From positions 35,898,001 through 35,962,000 of the forward strand of contig OX597837.1 in assembly GCA_951406725.2 (NCBI GenBank): DNA of 64,000 nucleotides, given 5' to 3'. The translations under genes and the position numbers were made by a program. Below are positions 13,344-25,862 of this stretch, piece after piece. The DNA comes from Octopus vulgaris (Eukaryota). Each line of letters starts with the position of its first letter. Within the stretch, counting starts at the first letter, position 1. The notes below the pieces were generated by a model that ran no database searches, was not told where the DNA came from, and saw nothing but the letters and a program-made list of their open reading frames with translations.

Positions 13344-13370
13344 ATGCGTGTATGTATATATAGAAGAATA

Positions 13371-13566
13371 TGCTGGAAAGATCCTGGCTTTGGATAAAAG
13401 AAAATACAGGAGGAATTTATTCACCGTTTTCCCCTCTCAGATCCACACAGCGGTCCTTCAGTTTTTCTGAGCCCTGTAAAAAGAACTCAGAAGGTTGGGC
13501 CTGCAACCAGGCCTTTCGCGACACCCTTAAAGCCAGGAACTTTTCAGCACCCCCCCCCCTCTCGTA
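13371..13566. mobile_element. mariner-type MITE
   Basis: TGCTGGAAAGATCCTGGCTTT ... AAAGCCAGGAACTTTTCAGCA inverted repeat; right end continues C-run-TCTCGTA (TACGAG-G-run mariner-like terminus). Confidence 0.7.
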
Positions 13567-13800
13567 CATACATAATCATATACGCATGCATATACACACA
13601 CCTGTATGTTACATTGTTAGTAGAAGCAGACATGCTTCACAATGTAGATCTATTGCAAATGACGGGCAGTCAGGTATTTCTCGTTAAGAATACTCAATAA
13701 GAGACTGGAAATTAATTAAATTAATTAGATTTCTGACAATAATGTCTTTGGCAATTAAACAGAAGGGAATAGACAGGTATCTGAAATAAGATATAATGTA

Positions 13801-13839
<39 letters not shown>

Positions 13840-13953
13840 ACACTGTACACACATATGCATCTGTGTGTATGTGTGTGAGTGAGAGTATATGTATATATAC
13901 ACATATATGCATTTGTGTTTGTGTGTGTGAATATGCATGTGCAAATATATACA

Positions 13954-14009
<56 letters not shown>

Positions 14010-14458
14010 AGCTGGCAGAAACGTTAGTACGCTGGGTGAAATGCGTAGCCGTATTTCGTCTGCTGTTAAGTGTTCTGAGTTCAAATTCTGCTGAGGTCGA
14101 CTTTGCCTTTCATCGATAAATTAAGTACCAGTTACGCACTGGGGATCGATGTAATCGACTTAATTCCCTTTGTCTGTCCTTGTTTGTCCCCTCTATGTTT
14201 AGCCCCTTGTGAGTAGTAAAGAAATATATATATATATATAATATGAAACAACTAAGGCAGCAAGCTGGCAGAAATGTTAGCATGCCGGTCAAAATGCTTA
14301 GCCGTTATGTTCTGAGTTCAAATCCCACCAAGGTTGACTTTGCCTTTCATCCTTTCAGGGTCGATTAAATATGTACCAGTTATGCACCAGTTATGAACTT
14401 AATCCCTTTGTCCGTCCTTGTTTGTCCCCTCTATGTTTAGCCCCTTGTGGGCAATAAA
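14010..14458 (+). mobile_element. Two tandem family B SINEs with tail GTCCCCTCTATGTTTAGCCCCTTGTGGG..ATAAA
   Basis: GCTGGCAGAAACGTTAG...GAGTTCAAATTC...GTCGACTTTGCCTTTCATC; copies at about 14010-14225 and 14255-14458. Confidence 0.85.
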
Positions 14459-14472
14459 TATATAAATATATA

Positions 14473-14822
14473 AAGCCAATGCCAGCACCACCTCGACTGG
14501 CTTCTGTGCCGGTGGCACGTAAAAAGCACCATCCGAGCGAGGCCGATGCCAGCACCGCCTTGACTGGCTTCCGTGCCGGTGGCACGTTAAAAGCACCAAC
14601 CGATCGTGGCCGTTTGCCAGCCTCGTCTGGCACCTGTGCCGGTGGCACGTAAAAAGCACCCACTACACTCTCGGAGTGGTTGGCGTTAGGAAGGGCATCC
14701 AGCTGTAGAAATACTGCCAGATCAGACTAGAGCCTGGTGCAGCCTTCGGGCTTCCCAGACCCCGGTCGAAATGTCCAACCCGTGCTAGCGCGGAAAACGG
14801 ACGTTAAACGATGATGATGATG
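14473..14822 (+). mobile_element. Family E RTE-derived element with three tandem hairpin/pseudoknot-like units
   Basis: 3 x GTGCCGGTGGCACGTWAAAAGCACC, then GGCGTTAGGAAGGGCATCCAGCTGTAGAAA, and tail CGGACGTTAAAC(GAT)n. Confidence 0.8.
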
Positions 14823-15284
14823 AAAACAACTAATTCATGTGAGCTTATACGCATACACACACTCATACACAGAAACACATGTAAATATGGTTGTTTGGCT
14901 AAGTTGTTCACTTCCCAACCTCATGGATTCAGGTTCAGTTTCACTTTTTTTTTACTGTAGCCCCAGTTTAACCAAAGCCCTGATCAGGGGATTTGGTTGA
15001 TGGAACATGAACGCAGCCCATCATACTTTTACACACACACACGAAGAATGGAGAATCATACACCTTCAAAATTTATTTATTACTCTATTATTCTCTTCAA
15101 ATTCCAATCCGACACGTGTTTCTGTTATGAAGCAAACTTGAGATTTACCTATTGACTAAAGTACTGTGCAGTTGTTTATCTTAAACAATTCGATGTGGTT
15201 AGCCATATTTGGATTATATCAGATTTCTAATAAGGTACCTGCCCAGATTCCAAATCCTTTATTCATATATGTTATATATATGTA

Positions 15285-15477
15285 GGCGTAGGAGTGGCTG
15301 TGTGGTAAGTAGCTTACTTACCAACCACATGGTTCTGGGTTCAGTCTCACTGCGTGGCACCTTGGGCAAGTGTCTTCTGCTGTAGCCTTGGGCCGACCAA
15401 AGCCTTGTGAGTGGATTTGGTAGACGGAAACTGAAAGAAGCCCGTCGTATATATGTGTATATATGTGTGTATGTATG

Positions 15478-15520
<43 letters not shown>

Positions 15521-15725
15521 TTGTGTGTCTGTGTTTGTCCCCCCAACATCGCTTGACAACCGATGCTGGTGTGTTTACGTCCCCGTAACTTTGTGGTTTG
15601 TCAAAAAGCGACTGATAGAATAAGTACTAGGCTTACAAAGAATAAGTCCTGGGGTCGACTTGTTCAACCTAAGGCAGTGCTCCAGCATGGCCACAGTCAC
15701 ATGACTGAAACAAGTAAAAGAGAGA
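15285..15725 (+). mobile_element. Family A SINE, full length
   Basis: GGCGTAGGAGTGGCTGTGTGGTAAG ... ACTGAAACAAGTAAAAGAG. Confidence 0.9.
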
Positions 15726-16426
15726 GAGTACATCATCAACATCCTCATCATTTAATGTCCGCCATCCATGCTGGCATGGGTTGGATGGTTTGACAGGAGC
15801 TGGCAAGCCAGGGGACTGCACCAGGCTTCACTGTCTGTTTTGGTACGGGGTTCTATGGTTTGATGCCTTTCCTAACACCAACCACCACCTTACAGAGTGG
15901 ACCAAGTGTTTTTTACATTGCACCAGCACCAGTGAGGTCTGCTTTGGTATGGTTCTTATGGCTGTATGCCAACCACCTTGCAGTGTACCCTGGGTGCTTT
16001 TTACATGGCATCAGTACAGGTGAGGTCAATTTTGGCATGGTTTTTACAGCTGGATGCTCTTCAAAATGCCAATCACTTTACAAATTAGATTGGATGCTTT
16101 TTATGTGGCAGCAGCACTGATTCAGCCACCGAGTAACTCGTAAAATAAAGATCGTTTGAGAGGTGGGGTGTTGGCATTGGAGGAGGTGGCTTTGTGCCAG
16201 GTGATGAGATGTTAGAGTGTGACAAAGAAATAGAAAGAGGTGTCAGGCTGTAGGGGAAGTACATAGTTAACACAGTTAGAGAGAGGAGGGGAGAGAGAGA
16301 GAGAGAGAAATCATGAATGAGGACAGAAACCAGTGTGTGTTTACTGTTGAGGAGATACTTGGTTACCTCAGTCTGAGGGAGAGACGGTGGTCGAGAGAGA
16401 GAGAGAGAATGAGAATAGAAGAAAGT

Positions 16427-16458
<32 letters not shown>

Positions 16459-16811
16459 GTATGCCTGTATGCATATTTTACAAACACACATATATGGTAG
16501 GCTTCTTTCAGTTTCCGCTTACCAAATCCACTCACAAAGCTTTGGTCGACCCAAGTCTATAGCAGAAGAAACTTGATCTAGGTGCCACACAGTGGGACTG
16601 AACCCAATATCTCATGGCTGCCATGCTGGACCGCTGAAATCTACAAGTTTTTTACATTCTCTCTCTGTTTCGTTTTCTCTTATTCTTTTCTGTTGAAGAG
16701 CGTAGGCTCAAAATATAAAAGACTTTTTAATTTTTCCCCGAGTGTCAAACTAATACACTTGCTTGATGTTCATACACCTGTCTTCATCTTTTGTTTTTCC
16801 ATAAATTTCAG

Positions 16812-16854
<43 letters not shown>

Positions 16855-16855
<1 letters not shown>

Positions 16856-17349
16856 TAGCAGTATCGCCCGGCGTTGCTCGGGTTTGTAAGGGAAATAACT
16901 ATATACGTATTTTTAGAGAGTTATAGCCAAAAAATAGCAAAAAAATGCATTAAAAATAGAAATAAATGATGGTAAATTTTTTTTTAAATCGTTGACTTAT
17001 TGTAGACATATTTAGAGTTACTTCCCTTATATAATAGCGAAAAAATGCATTAAAATGGAAAAAATGATGGTAAATTTTTTTTTAAATCATTGACTCATCG
17101 TAGACATTTTTAGAGAGTTACTTCCCTTGTATAATAGCGAAAAAATGCATTAAAAAGGAAAAAAATGATGGTAAACTATTTTTAAAATCGTAGACTCATC
17201 GTAGACGCGCGCTAATACCCAGAAGGGCTCGATATTAATCACGACTATAAGATACCCGGTTTTGGTTAAACTGCACCGCAAAATGTGGGAGTAGTTAGGA
17301 ATCTAAATCGTAGAAGACAGACACACAACCTCTCTTTTATATATAAAGA
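16855..17349 (-). mobile_element. Non-autonomous Helitron
   Basis: Minus strand starts TC(TTTATATATAAAAG), ends with hairpin CCCGAGCAACGCCGGG then CTAG 8 nt later; sits between host A and T; internal ~100-bp unit repeated about three times. Confidence 0.85.
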
Positions 17350-17536
17350 TATATATATGTGTGTGTGTGTATATAGGTGCAAGAGTGGCTGTGTGATAAG
17401 TAGCTTGCTTACCAACCACATGGTTCCAGGTTCAGTCCCACTGTGTGGTACCTTGGGCAAGTGTCTTCTATTATAGCCTCGGGCCAACTAAAACCTTGTG
17501 AGTGGATTTAGTAGATGGAAACTGAAAGAAGCTTGT

Positions 17537-17570
<34 letters not shown>

Positions 17571-17929
17571 GCACAAATACATGTGCACACATATCTCTCT
17601 CTGTTTATTTTCTCTTATTCCTTCCTGTTGAAGAGCATAGGCTCAAAATATAAAAGACTTTTTCATTTTCCCGCGCATCAAACAAATACACCTGTTCGTT
17701 GTTCATACATCCGTCTTCGTCTTTTGTTTTTCTATACATTTCAACAATATATATTCATATACACATTATACACACACACACTTATGGCATGTGAGTGTGT
17801 ATAAATTCTTGTTGCCCAAGTATGAGCTCAACAATTGGGTGGGTGTCACATGCTCTGTTAATTCTGTTGCGACCCCAGTATTACTTACAGCTCCCTGTTA
17901 CCCCACCCGACTGCTATGAACCTCTCTAC

Positions 17930-18500
17930 TCACACTACTACTCCTGCACTACCACCACAACTGTCACTCCTCACCACCTTTGTCAGGAACCTTATGGGCT
18001 TCCACCTGTCATCACTGCCGCTACCACCATTGCTACTATGGGCATCTGCAGGAGAACCACCACTAACACCACCACCGCTATCACCTCCACCACCACATTC
18101 ACTGCCACTACCACCACCACTATCTCCACTTCCACCACCACCACTACCTCCACCGCCACTGCCACTACCTCCGCCACCACTGCCACTACCTCTGCCACCA
18201 CTGCCTCCACCACCACTGCCACTACCTCCGCCACCACTGCCACTACCTCCGCCACCACTGCCACTACCTCCGCCACCACTGCTACTACCTCCGCCACCAC
18301 TGCTACTACCTCCACCACCACCACTGCTACTACCTCCTCCACCACTATCATCCCGACCACCATCACCACCAGTACCACCACCACTATCATCCCCACTACT
18401 ATCACCACCAGTACCACCACCACTATCATTCCCACCACCATCACCACCACTACCACCACCCTTATCACCACCACCACATCCACCATCGTCCCCACCATCC
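17930..18500. repeat. (ACC/ACT/GCC)n trinucleotide repeat with a 21-bp higher-order unit
   Basis: ACCACTGCCACTACCTCCGCC repeats; gives poly-Thr, poly-Pro and poly-Val ORFs in several frames. Confidence 0.9.
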
Positions 18501-19450
18501 CCTTGTGGCTGTCATGACCCCACCCCACTTATTCTCTCAGTAAATTGTCACAGTCCAGTGATAAAAAAGAAAGGAATATTTTAAAAGGTTTGTAAAAGAC
18601 AAACACATGGTCTTTGTTGTAATTGTTACTGTTGTTTAGCCCCAGGCCAACTCAGGTCAAAGTGACCTATGATAAAAAAAATTAAAAACTCTTTCAAACG
18701 TATCTGTCCTATCATTTAATTCAGTCATAGTGTATCTCAGACCACATCATCCAAAGTGTCCTTCCTATTTTCCAGAAAGTAAGATGTGATTTCAAGGATA
18801 TATAACTGCTATTTCAGGCTGATTTTGCTACTCCTTTATCTTGGCATAGTGTACCTAGGACTACATCATTCAAAGTGCCTGTTATTTTAGGGTAGTATGG
18901 TGTAATTTCCCCCATATCTACATCAAAATACTATTTTTAGCATTCTACGGACAGACATTACAAATTTGGTATAAAATGTGAGGAATCAGAATTTGATCCA
19001 AAAGATTTTGATTCTATCAGCTGAAGAGGTGTGTGTGTCGTTACTGCTGTTTGAAATTAATTAATGCAATGTTGTTTATAATATATACTGATGCCAGTGC
19101 CACCTGACTGGCACCCGTGCCACGGCATGTAAAAAGCACCATTCAAGTGTGGTTAATGCCCATGCAGCCCGACTGTGCACCTATTGGTCAAAAATATTTA
19201 TTATATATATATATATATATTTAAAAAAAATTTTTTTTATTTTATCTAGTTTCAGCTCACGAGCTGTGGCCATGCTGGGGCACTGCCATTTAACTTGTAC
19301 AAGAGGGGTCGCCACCACCCCTGCCGGAGCCTCGTGGAGCTTTAGGTGTTTTCACTCAATAAATACAAACAACGCCCGGTCTGGGAATCGAAACCGCGAT
19401 CCTCCAACCGCGAATCCGCTGCCCTAACCACTGGGGCAAATGGAAGATGG

Positions 19451-19923
19451 AATATACGAGAATTTATTAATCATGACAATTGTTTCAACACATCCCTCAT
19501 GGGTGGGACACTCAACAACTGATTCAGGAGCATCTGGCGGTGTAGATGTATCTCATCAGGTGATAAGTAGACATAACTCGTTAAAATAACAGTTCCACAA
19601 TGTAATTTCTTATTTTGTAGAAAGAAAAGCAGCCAGACAGAGGAAATATCCTCATTTACATAGAAGATCAAAAATAAAATCACAGGTGGAAGAAAGTGAA
19701 ACGAACACGCAATACAGGTGTTCCATCAGCTTTTCTTTTGAAATTACGTTTTTGAAATTACATTGTGGAACTCTTATTTTAATGAGTTGTGTCTATTTAT
19801 CACCTTATGAAATACACCTGCACTGCCAGATGCTCCTGAACCAGTTGTTGAGTGTTCTACCTGTGAGGGATCAATGCTAGATGTGTCGAAACAATTGTTG
19901 TGATTAATAAATTCTCGTATATT
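19451..19923. mobile_element. Foldback inverted repeat with type I hammerhead motifs (Penelope-like pseudo-LTR)
   Basis: Arms about 19451-19609 and 19754-19923; a third copy of the arm lies at about 38017-38160. Confidence 0.75.
19468..19566 (-). ncRNA. Type I hammerhead ribozyme motif with long stem II insertion
   Basis: Minus strand: ATCAC-CTGATGA-GATACATCT-(about 45 nt)-GGATGTGTT-GAAAC-AATT-GTC-ATGAT; core CUGAUGA/GAAA/GUC intact, one mismatch at the base of helix I. Confidence 0.7.
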
Positions 19924-20065
19924 TGCCATATACTTAACGATCACTGTATGAAAGTGACCATGCTTTACCAGTAAGCTACCACCTGTAAACCATTCATTTT
20001 ATTAACCAATAATATTATCTATCTATCTATCTATCTCTATCTATCTATCTCTATCTATCTATCTA

Positions 20066-20373
20066 AGTCATGTGACTTCATTGACTGAGGTTACTGTGGT
20101 CTTTTCTGTAGGCTTTTCTTTCCATGGGTAAACCTCACCTGTCCTCTCCTTTACACTTTATATTGACATTTCTGTGATAACGATCCCTATTGATCGATTT
20201 TTTTTCTTTTTCCTTTTATTTTCCCCCCCCCCCTTTTTTTTTGCTTTCCTCTTTCCTTTTACGATCCCTTTTGATCGAAAACCAAACCCCCTTTTTTTTA
20301 TCCCCAAAAAGAAAAGCTCTACCTTGTAATTTGTCCCGTCTGTATGCAGCCCTGTGTGGCTAATAAAGAAACA
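20066..20373 (+). mobile_element. Probable LINE 3' UTR (L1/Tx1-like) whose end resembles a family B SINE tail
   Basis: Pyrimidine-rich body ending TTGTCCCGTCTGTATGCAGCCCTGTGTGGCTAATAAAGAAA; clade assignment is inferred. Confidence 0.45.
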
Positions 20374-21169
20374 TATCTCTCTCTCTACCTATCTATCTAT
20401 CTCTATCTATATATCTATCTATCCATCCATCTCTCCATCCGTCCGTCCATCCGTCTGCCTGTCTGTCCAGCTGGCTGGCCGTAGAAACCATGCCAAATCA
20501 GACTGGAACCTGGTGCAGCTCTCTAGTTTACCAGTTCCAGTCACACCCTCCAACCCATGCCAGCTTAGAAAGCAGATGTTAAATGATGGTGATGATGATG
20601 ATAAGCATTACATCTGACAGACTAATCTGAATGCTATGGATGCCAAAGCATGGCCGTACTCGAGCAGGTTGTCTGAACACAACGTATGCAGACCAGCTCG
20701 TCAGAAACACCAGATGCCTCCCCAAAGACCCCCCCCCTCAGCAAATGTTGGACTGAGATGGACGGCGCATGCGGGTTAAAAGTGTCTGAGCAAGCTCGGT
20801 CGGATTATAGCAGTTCTGAATTCTAAGGGGCTAAAATAGTCTCCTGTGACAATCTGTCCCCTGTTATTTACCAAATGTTGAACTCCCGTTTTTTTTTCAG
20901 TGTTTTGCCTCTGCCTCCTCCTCCTCCTCTTCCTCCTCATCCTCCTTATTTTTGAGGTTTAAAGTTAGACTCCCTAACTAAACAGTACATTCCCTAAATA
21001 AATATACCCCCTTATTAATACTCCGTTGCCCCCCCCCCCCGCCGCCTACTCCTTTCCCCTGCCCCACACCGTAAATCAATACGTCCCAGAGGTTGATTCA
21101 AGAAAGTTCCAATTAAGAAAGACGAGGTTAAGAACGGCAACAGATTAACTTGGCAAATGTACAGCTTGT

Positions 21170-21836
21170 TTGTTGCTGTAGGTGTTGTTGTTGCTATTGT
21201 TGTAGTGGCGGTGGTAGTTGCTGCTGCTGCTGTTGTTGTTGTTGTTGAAGCAGCAGTAGTAGTAGTAGTAGTAATTGTTGGTGTTGTAGTGGTGGTGATA
21301 GTTGCTGTTGTAGTAGTAATTGTTGGTGTTGTAGTGGTGCTGATAGTTGCTGTTGTAGTGGTGGTGATAGTTGCTGTTGTAGTAGTAATTGTTGGTGTTG
21401 TAGTGGTGCTGATAGTTGCTGTTGTAGTGGTGCTGATAGTTGCTGTTGTAGTAGCAGTAGTAATTGTTGGTGTTGTAGTGGTGGTGATAGTTGCTGTTGT
21501 GGTTAATGTGACTGTTGCTGTGGTTGTTGTTGCTGTTGTGGTCATTGCAGAAGCAGAAGTAGTAGTGGTAGCAGTAGCAGTTGTTGTTGTTGTTGTATGT
21601 GTTGTTGTGATGTTTGTTCATGAAGTAGTAGCGGTGGTGGTGGTGGTGGTAGTTGTGTTTGTTGTTGTGGTTGTCATGTTTCTCGATTAGCTCCAGGTCA
21701 GTCCTAACTGAGCAGACCTATGATCAAAGGTGTTCCATTCACGACCATCCCTGTTATGATGATGATCGTCATGATGATGATGATGGTATTTATTATTATA
21801 ATGATGGTGGTGGTGGTGATGATGATGGTAACAATT

Positions 21837-21878
<42 letters not shown>

Positions 21879-22860
21879 GCAATGATGTCCTTAGCAAATC
21901 TGGTCTTCCCTTTCTTAACCCACCAAGGAGTAATCTGAATGAATTTGGCTGTTATTTCTAGCAGGCCTTTGACTTATTCTGGCTGCCATTTTTGCTGTTT
22001 GTATAATTGTTGTTGTTGTTAAAGTAACCCAAGTCAGAGCTTCAGTATAATGTTGTTGTTGTTGTTGTTGTTATAATAGATGTTGTTATGTGTTGCTCTT
22101 GTAGCTTACATCCTCGCCCACCACTCCCAAGCAGACAGACTTGTCGTTCATGCTGTTGTTGTTGTTATTAGGGAGACTAATCTAATGCTGTTGTTGATGA
22201 TGATGATGATGATGATGCTGGTGATGGTGATGATAATAGCCATGATGATGATAATGATGATGATGACAGTAGAATCGATGATGATGACGGAATAATGGTG
22301 ATGACAGCAATGCAAATCATGATTAAGTTGATGATGGTTGTGGTGAGGGTGATGGTGGTGGTGGGGTTGATGATAATGACGGAGATGATGACGATGGTTA
22401 TGATAATGATGATGATGACGATTGTGACGATGACGTTTATGATGATGATGATGGTGGTGGTGGAGACGATGATAACGATTATGATGTTTATGATGATGAC
22501 GATAATGGTGGTGGTGGTGGGTGTGGTGGTGATGATGATGATGATGTCGATGATGATGTCAATAATGATGACGATGATGTTGATGATGATGACGATGTCA
22601 ATGATGATGACGATGATGATGATGATAATGATTACAATGTTTATTATGATGATGATAATGGTGGTGGTGATGGTGGGTGTGGTGGTGATGATGATTATGC
22701 TAATGGTGTCAATGATGATGACGATGATGATGACGATGATGATGGTGGTGTTGATAATGATGATAATGGTGGTGGTGGAGGTGGTGGTGATGATGATTAT
22801 GCTTATGGTGTCAATGATGATGACGATGATGATAATGATGACGATGATGAAGTTGTCGTC
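21170..22860. repeat. (GTT/GTA/GTG)n and (GAT/GGT)n trinucleotide repeat fields
   Basis: Directly visible; poly-V, poly-M, poly-T and poly-I ORFs. Confidence 0.95.
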
Positions 22861-23290
22861 ATCATTCTTTGTCCATAACATCTCTTACAATAAACAGAAG
22901 CCAGGCGCTCCTCTTCTCTCTTCCGCAACCCCACCTCACATTTCTCCCCTCCTCAGTTACAACCACTCCATCTGGTGGTCAAGTAGAGGATAGTGGGTCA
23001 TGCGAGGAGAGACTGTGGGTGGGGCGTCTGTGCAAGAGGGTGGTTGGCACGGGGCTGGGCACGATGGATGGTTTGGTTTGGAACTTCACCAATCTTTGTC
23101 TAGTGCGCGTGTGCGTGTGTGTGTGTGTGTGCATGTGCATTATAATGTATGTATATGATAGTAGTTTGTGTGTGCGTGTGTGGTTGTACAATTGTGTGTA
23201 TGTGTGGTTAACTGCATACATATATGTAGGGTTGTGTTTATGTATGTAAATATAGATAACTGTGTGTGTATGCTTACATGAGCATATAAC

Positions 23291-23321
<31 letters not shown>

Positions 23322-23639
23322 ATGACTGTGTGTATGGTTATGTGTGTCCTCTGTCTGGTCAACTTCCAGCTACATAATTACCATAGAGAAATGATGTAAG
23401 GGGAGTATTTTGAGTGATGGTCGTGGTGGGGGAGGCAAGGAAACACACTTAACGATTTCCTCCTTTTCCTCTCTCTTTCTCTCTTCTTTCTTCTCTTCCT
23501 CTTACTCTTTCCATTCCATCAGTCCTACAGCATTGACCTACATACCCCCACTGCCCCCACCACCTGTCGTTCACACTTCACCACATCATCGTCCCACAAT
23601 CTGGTCATCCTGGACGATGTTGGTACAGGCCACCTAGTC

Positions 23640-23965
23640 GTAAAACTGGCACACTGTTGCTTATGATGACCTGACTTCCGGTCAATCCGATCAATGGAAC
23701 AGCCTGTTCATGAAATTAAACACACTAGTGGCTGAGTGCTCCACAGATATGCGCATCCTTAATGCAGTTCTCAGGGAGATTGAGTGAGCCGCAAAATGGT
23801 AAAAGGTTGGTCCTTTGAATTCCAGGTCCAGCTCGCTTTTGCCAGCTGAGTAGACTGGAACAAGGAGAAATAAAATGACTTGCTCAAGAATACATTCCTG
23901 CAGGAATTGAACTCATGACCTTGCAGTTGTTAACCAAACACCTCAACCACTAAGCCACATGCCAT
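23640..23965 (-). mobile_element. tRNA-derived SINE family D, diverged
   Basis: Reverse complement of the 58931-59258 type. Confidence 0.75.
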
Positions 23966-24091
23966 CATACACACACACACAATCTTACCAATCAGTTTCG
24001 CACTAGGGGTTCAATAGAGTGTTAGGTAACCGTCCGATTATCTAACCCTGCGCTCATCAGAGGTGGCTGTTATGGAATTAAATATGGTGAC

Positions 24092-24133
<42 letters not shown>

Positions 24134-25628
24134 CCGACGTCTGGGATTTAAACTCAGAATGTAAACGGCTTGCCTTTGATTTAGGCACAAGGCCAGTAAT
24201 TTTGGGGGATTGGGGGTTAGTTGATGCCATTGATCCCAGTGCTTCACTGGTGTATTAATTTATTGCCCCTGGGAGAATGAAAGGCAAAGTTGACTTTGAT
24301 AGGGTTTGAACTCAGAACATAAAGAACCAGAAGAAATACTGCAAAGCATGACCTTATGATTATGAGCCGAGTACCCTAACCACTAAGCCATACACCATGT
24401 TTAATGTCCATTTTCTATGCTGGCATGGTTTAGATGGTTTGGCCAGGTAGAAGGCCATCCCAGGAACTGTGTCTGTTTTGGCATGGTTCTTACAGCTGGA
24501 TGCCTTTCCTAACGTGACCACCCTACAAAATGGACTGCTTTTTTTATTTACCCCCCACCCATTGACTAAACACCCCCCAGGACAATTACCCCCGAGCACA
24601 ACAGATGACGATTTAAAACTTTGTAACATATTGGAGAGGGAGTAATTAATTGAGGGGGGTGGCAGTAGTCATTGGGGGAATTGTCTTATGGGGGTTGGGT
24701 AATTGTCCTGATATGGCACAGGTGAGGTCAGTTTTGGTATGATTTTTACAGCTGGATGCCCTTCCATATGACAATCATTTCACAGCATGGACTGGATGCT
24801 TTGTAAGTGGCACCAGCACTGGCAGGGTGACCAAGTAAGTTCCAATGTAAAGATCCTTTGAGAGGGGAGGGAGAATATAAACAACATGCCTCCACATTTG
24901 CACACTCACACATACATACACACATATACACATACATACACATGCACACACATATACACATACACACACACATACATACACACATACACACACATACACA
25001 TGCACACATACACACACATACATACACGCATACATATACACATACACACACATATACACACACACATACACACATACATACACACACACATACATATGCA
25101 CACATACGCACACATACATACACACACATTCACATATACACACTCATATACACACACGCACACACACACCCATACACTCACATACACACACACATGAATC
25201 TCTCTCTCTTGGTCAGTCCACATTACTCTGAGAGAAGCCTAAGGACAGTTTCCTGGTTTATATGAATCTCTCCCTGGACAAGACACCAGTCCGTCACGGG
25301 ATTATTCACTTTTCCCGAGCTGAGTGGACCGGAGCAGCATGAAGTGAAATGTCTTGCTCAAGAACACAATGCAATGCCCTGTCCAGGAATTGAAACCAAC
25401 TATTTTACAATCATGAGTCCAACACCCCTAACCACTAAGCCACGTGTGTGCATGCGTGTCTATATATGTGTGTATGATGGTAGTCTTTTGTAGTTCAAGA
25501 AGGACAGTTCTGCCATATCGTGCTGACAACGTGTACAACCAATTCATTTATAATGGTCAAACGTCTCTGTCCTACATATGCTCACTTCCTTCATCAAATT
25601 GGCATTACCTGGACAGGTACACAGTGTA

Positions 25629-25862
25629 CCTATTTCTTTATTACCCACAAGGGGCTAAACATAGAGGGGACAAACAAGGACAGACATAGGTATTAAGTTG
25701 ATTACATCTACCCCAGTGTGTAACTGGTACTTAATTTATCGACCCCGAAAGGATGAAAGGCAAAGTTGACCTCGGCGGAATTTGAACTCACAACGTAACG
25801 ACAGACGAAATACGGCTACGCATTTCGCCCGGCGTGCTAACGTTTCTGCCAGCTCGCCGCCT
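25629..25862 (-). mobile_element. Family B SINE, young full-length copy
   Basis: Reverse strand GGCGGCGAGCTGGCAGAAACGTTAGCACGCCGGGCG...GCCTTTCATCCTTTCGGGGTCGATAAA...GGGTAATAAAGAAATAGG; CpGs retained. Confidence 0.9.

Noticed and set aside
17795-18584. Mucin-like poly-Thr and poly-Pro ORFs (also 21015-21690, 22177-22993, 28327-28867)
   Set aside because: Trinucleotide repeats open in multiple frames; no recognisable domain or supporting exon structure
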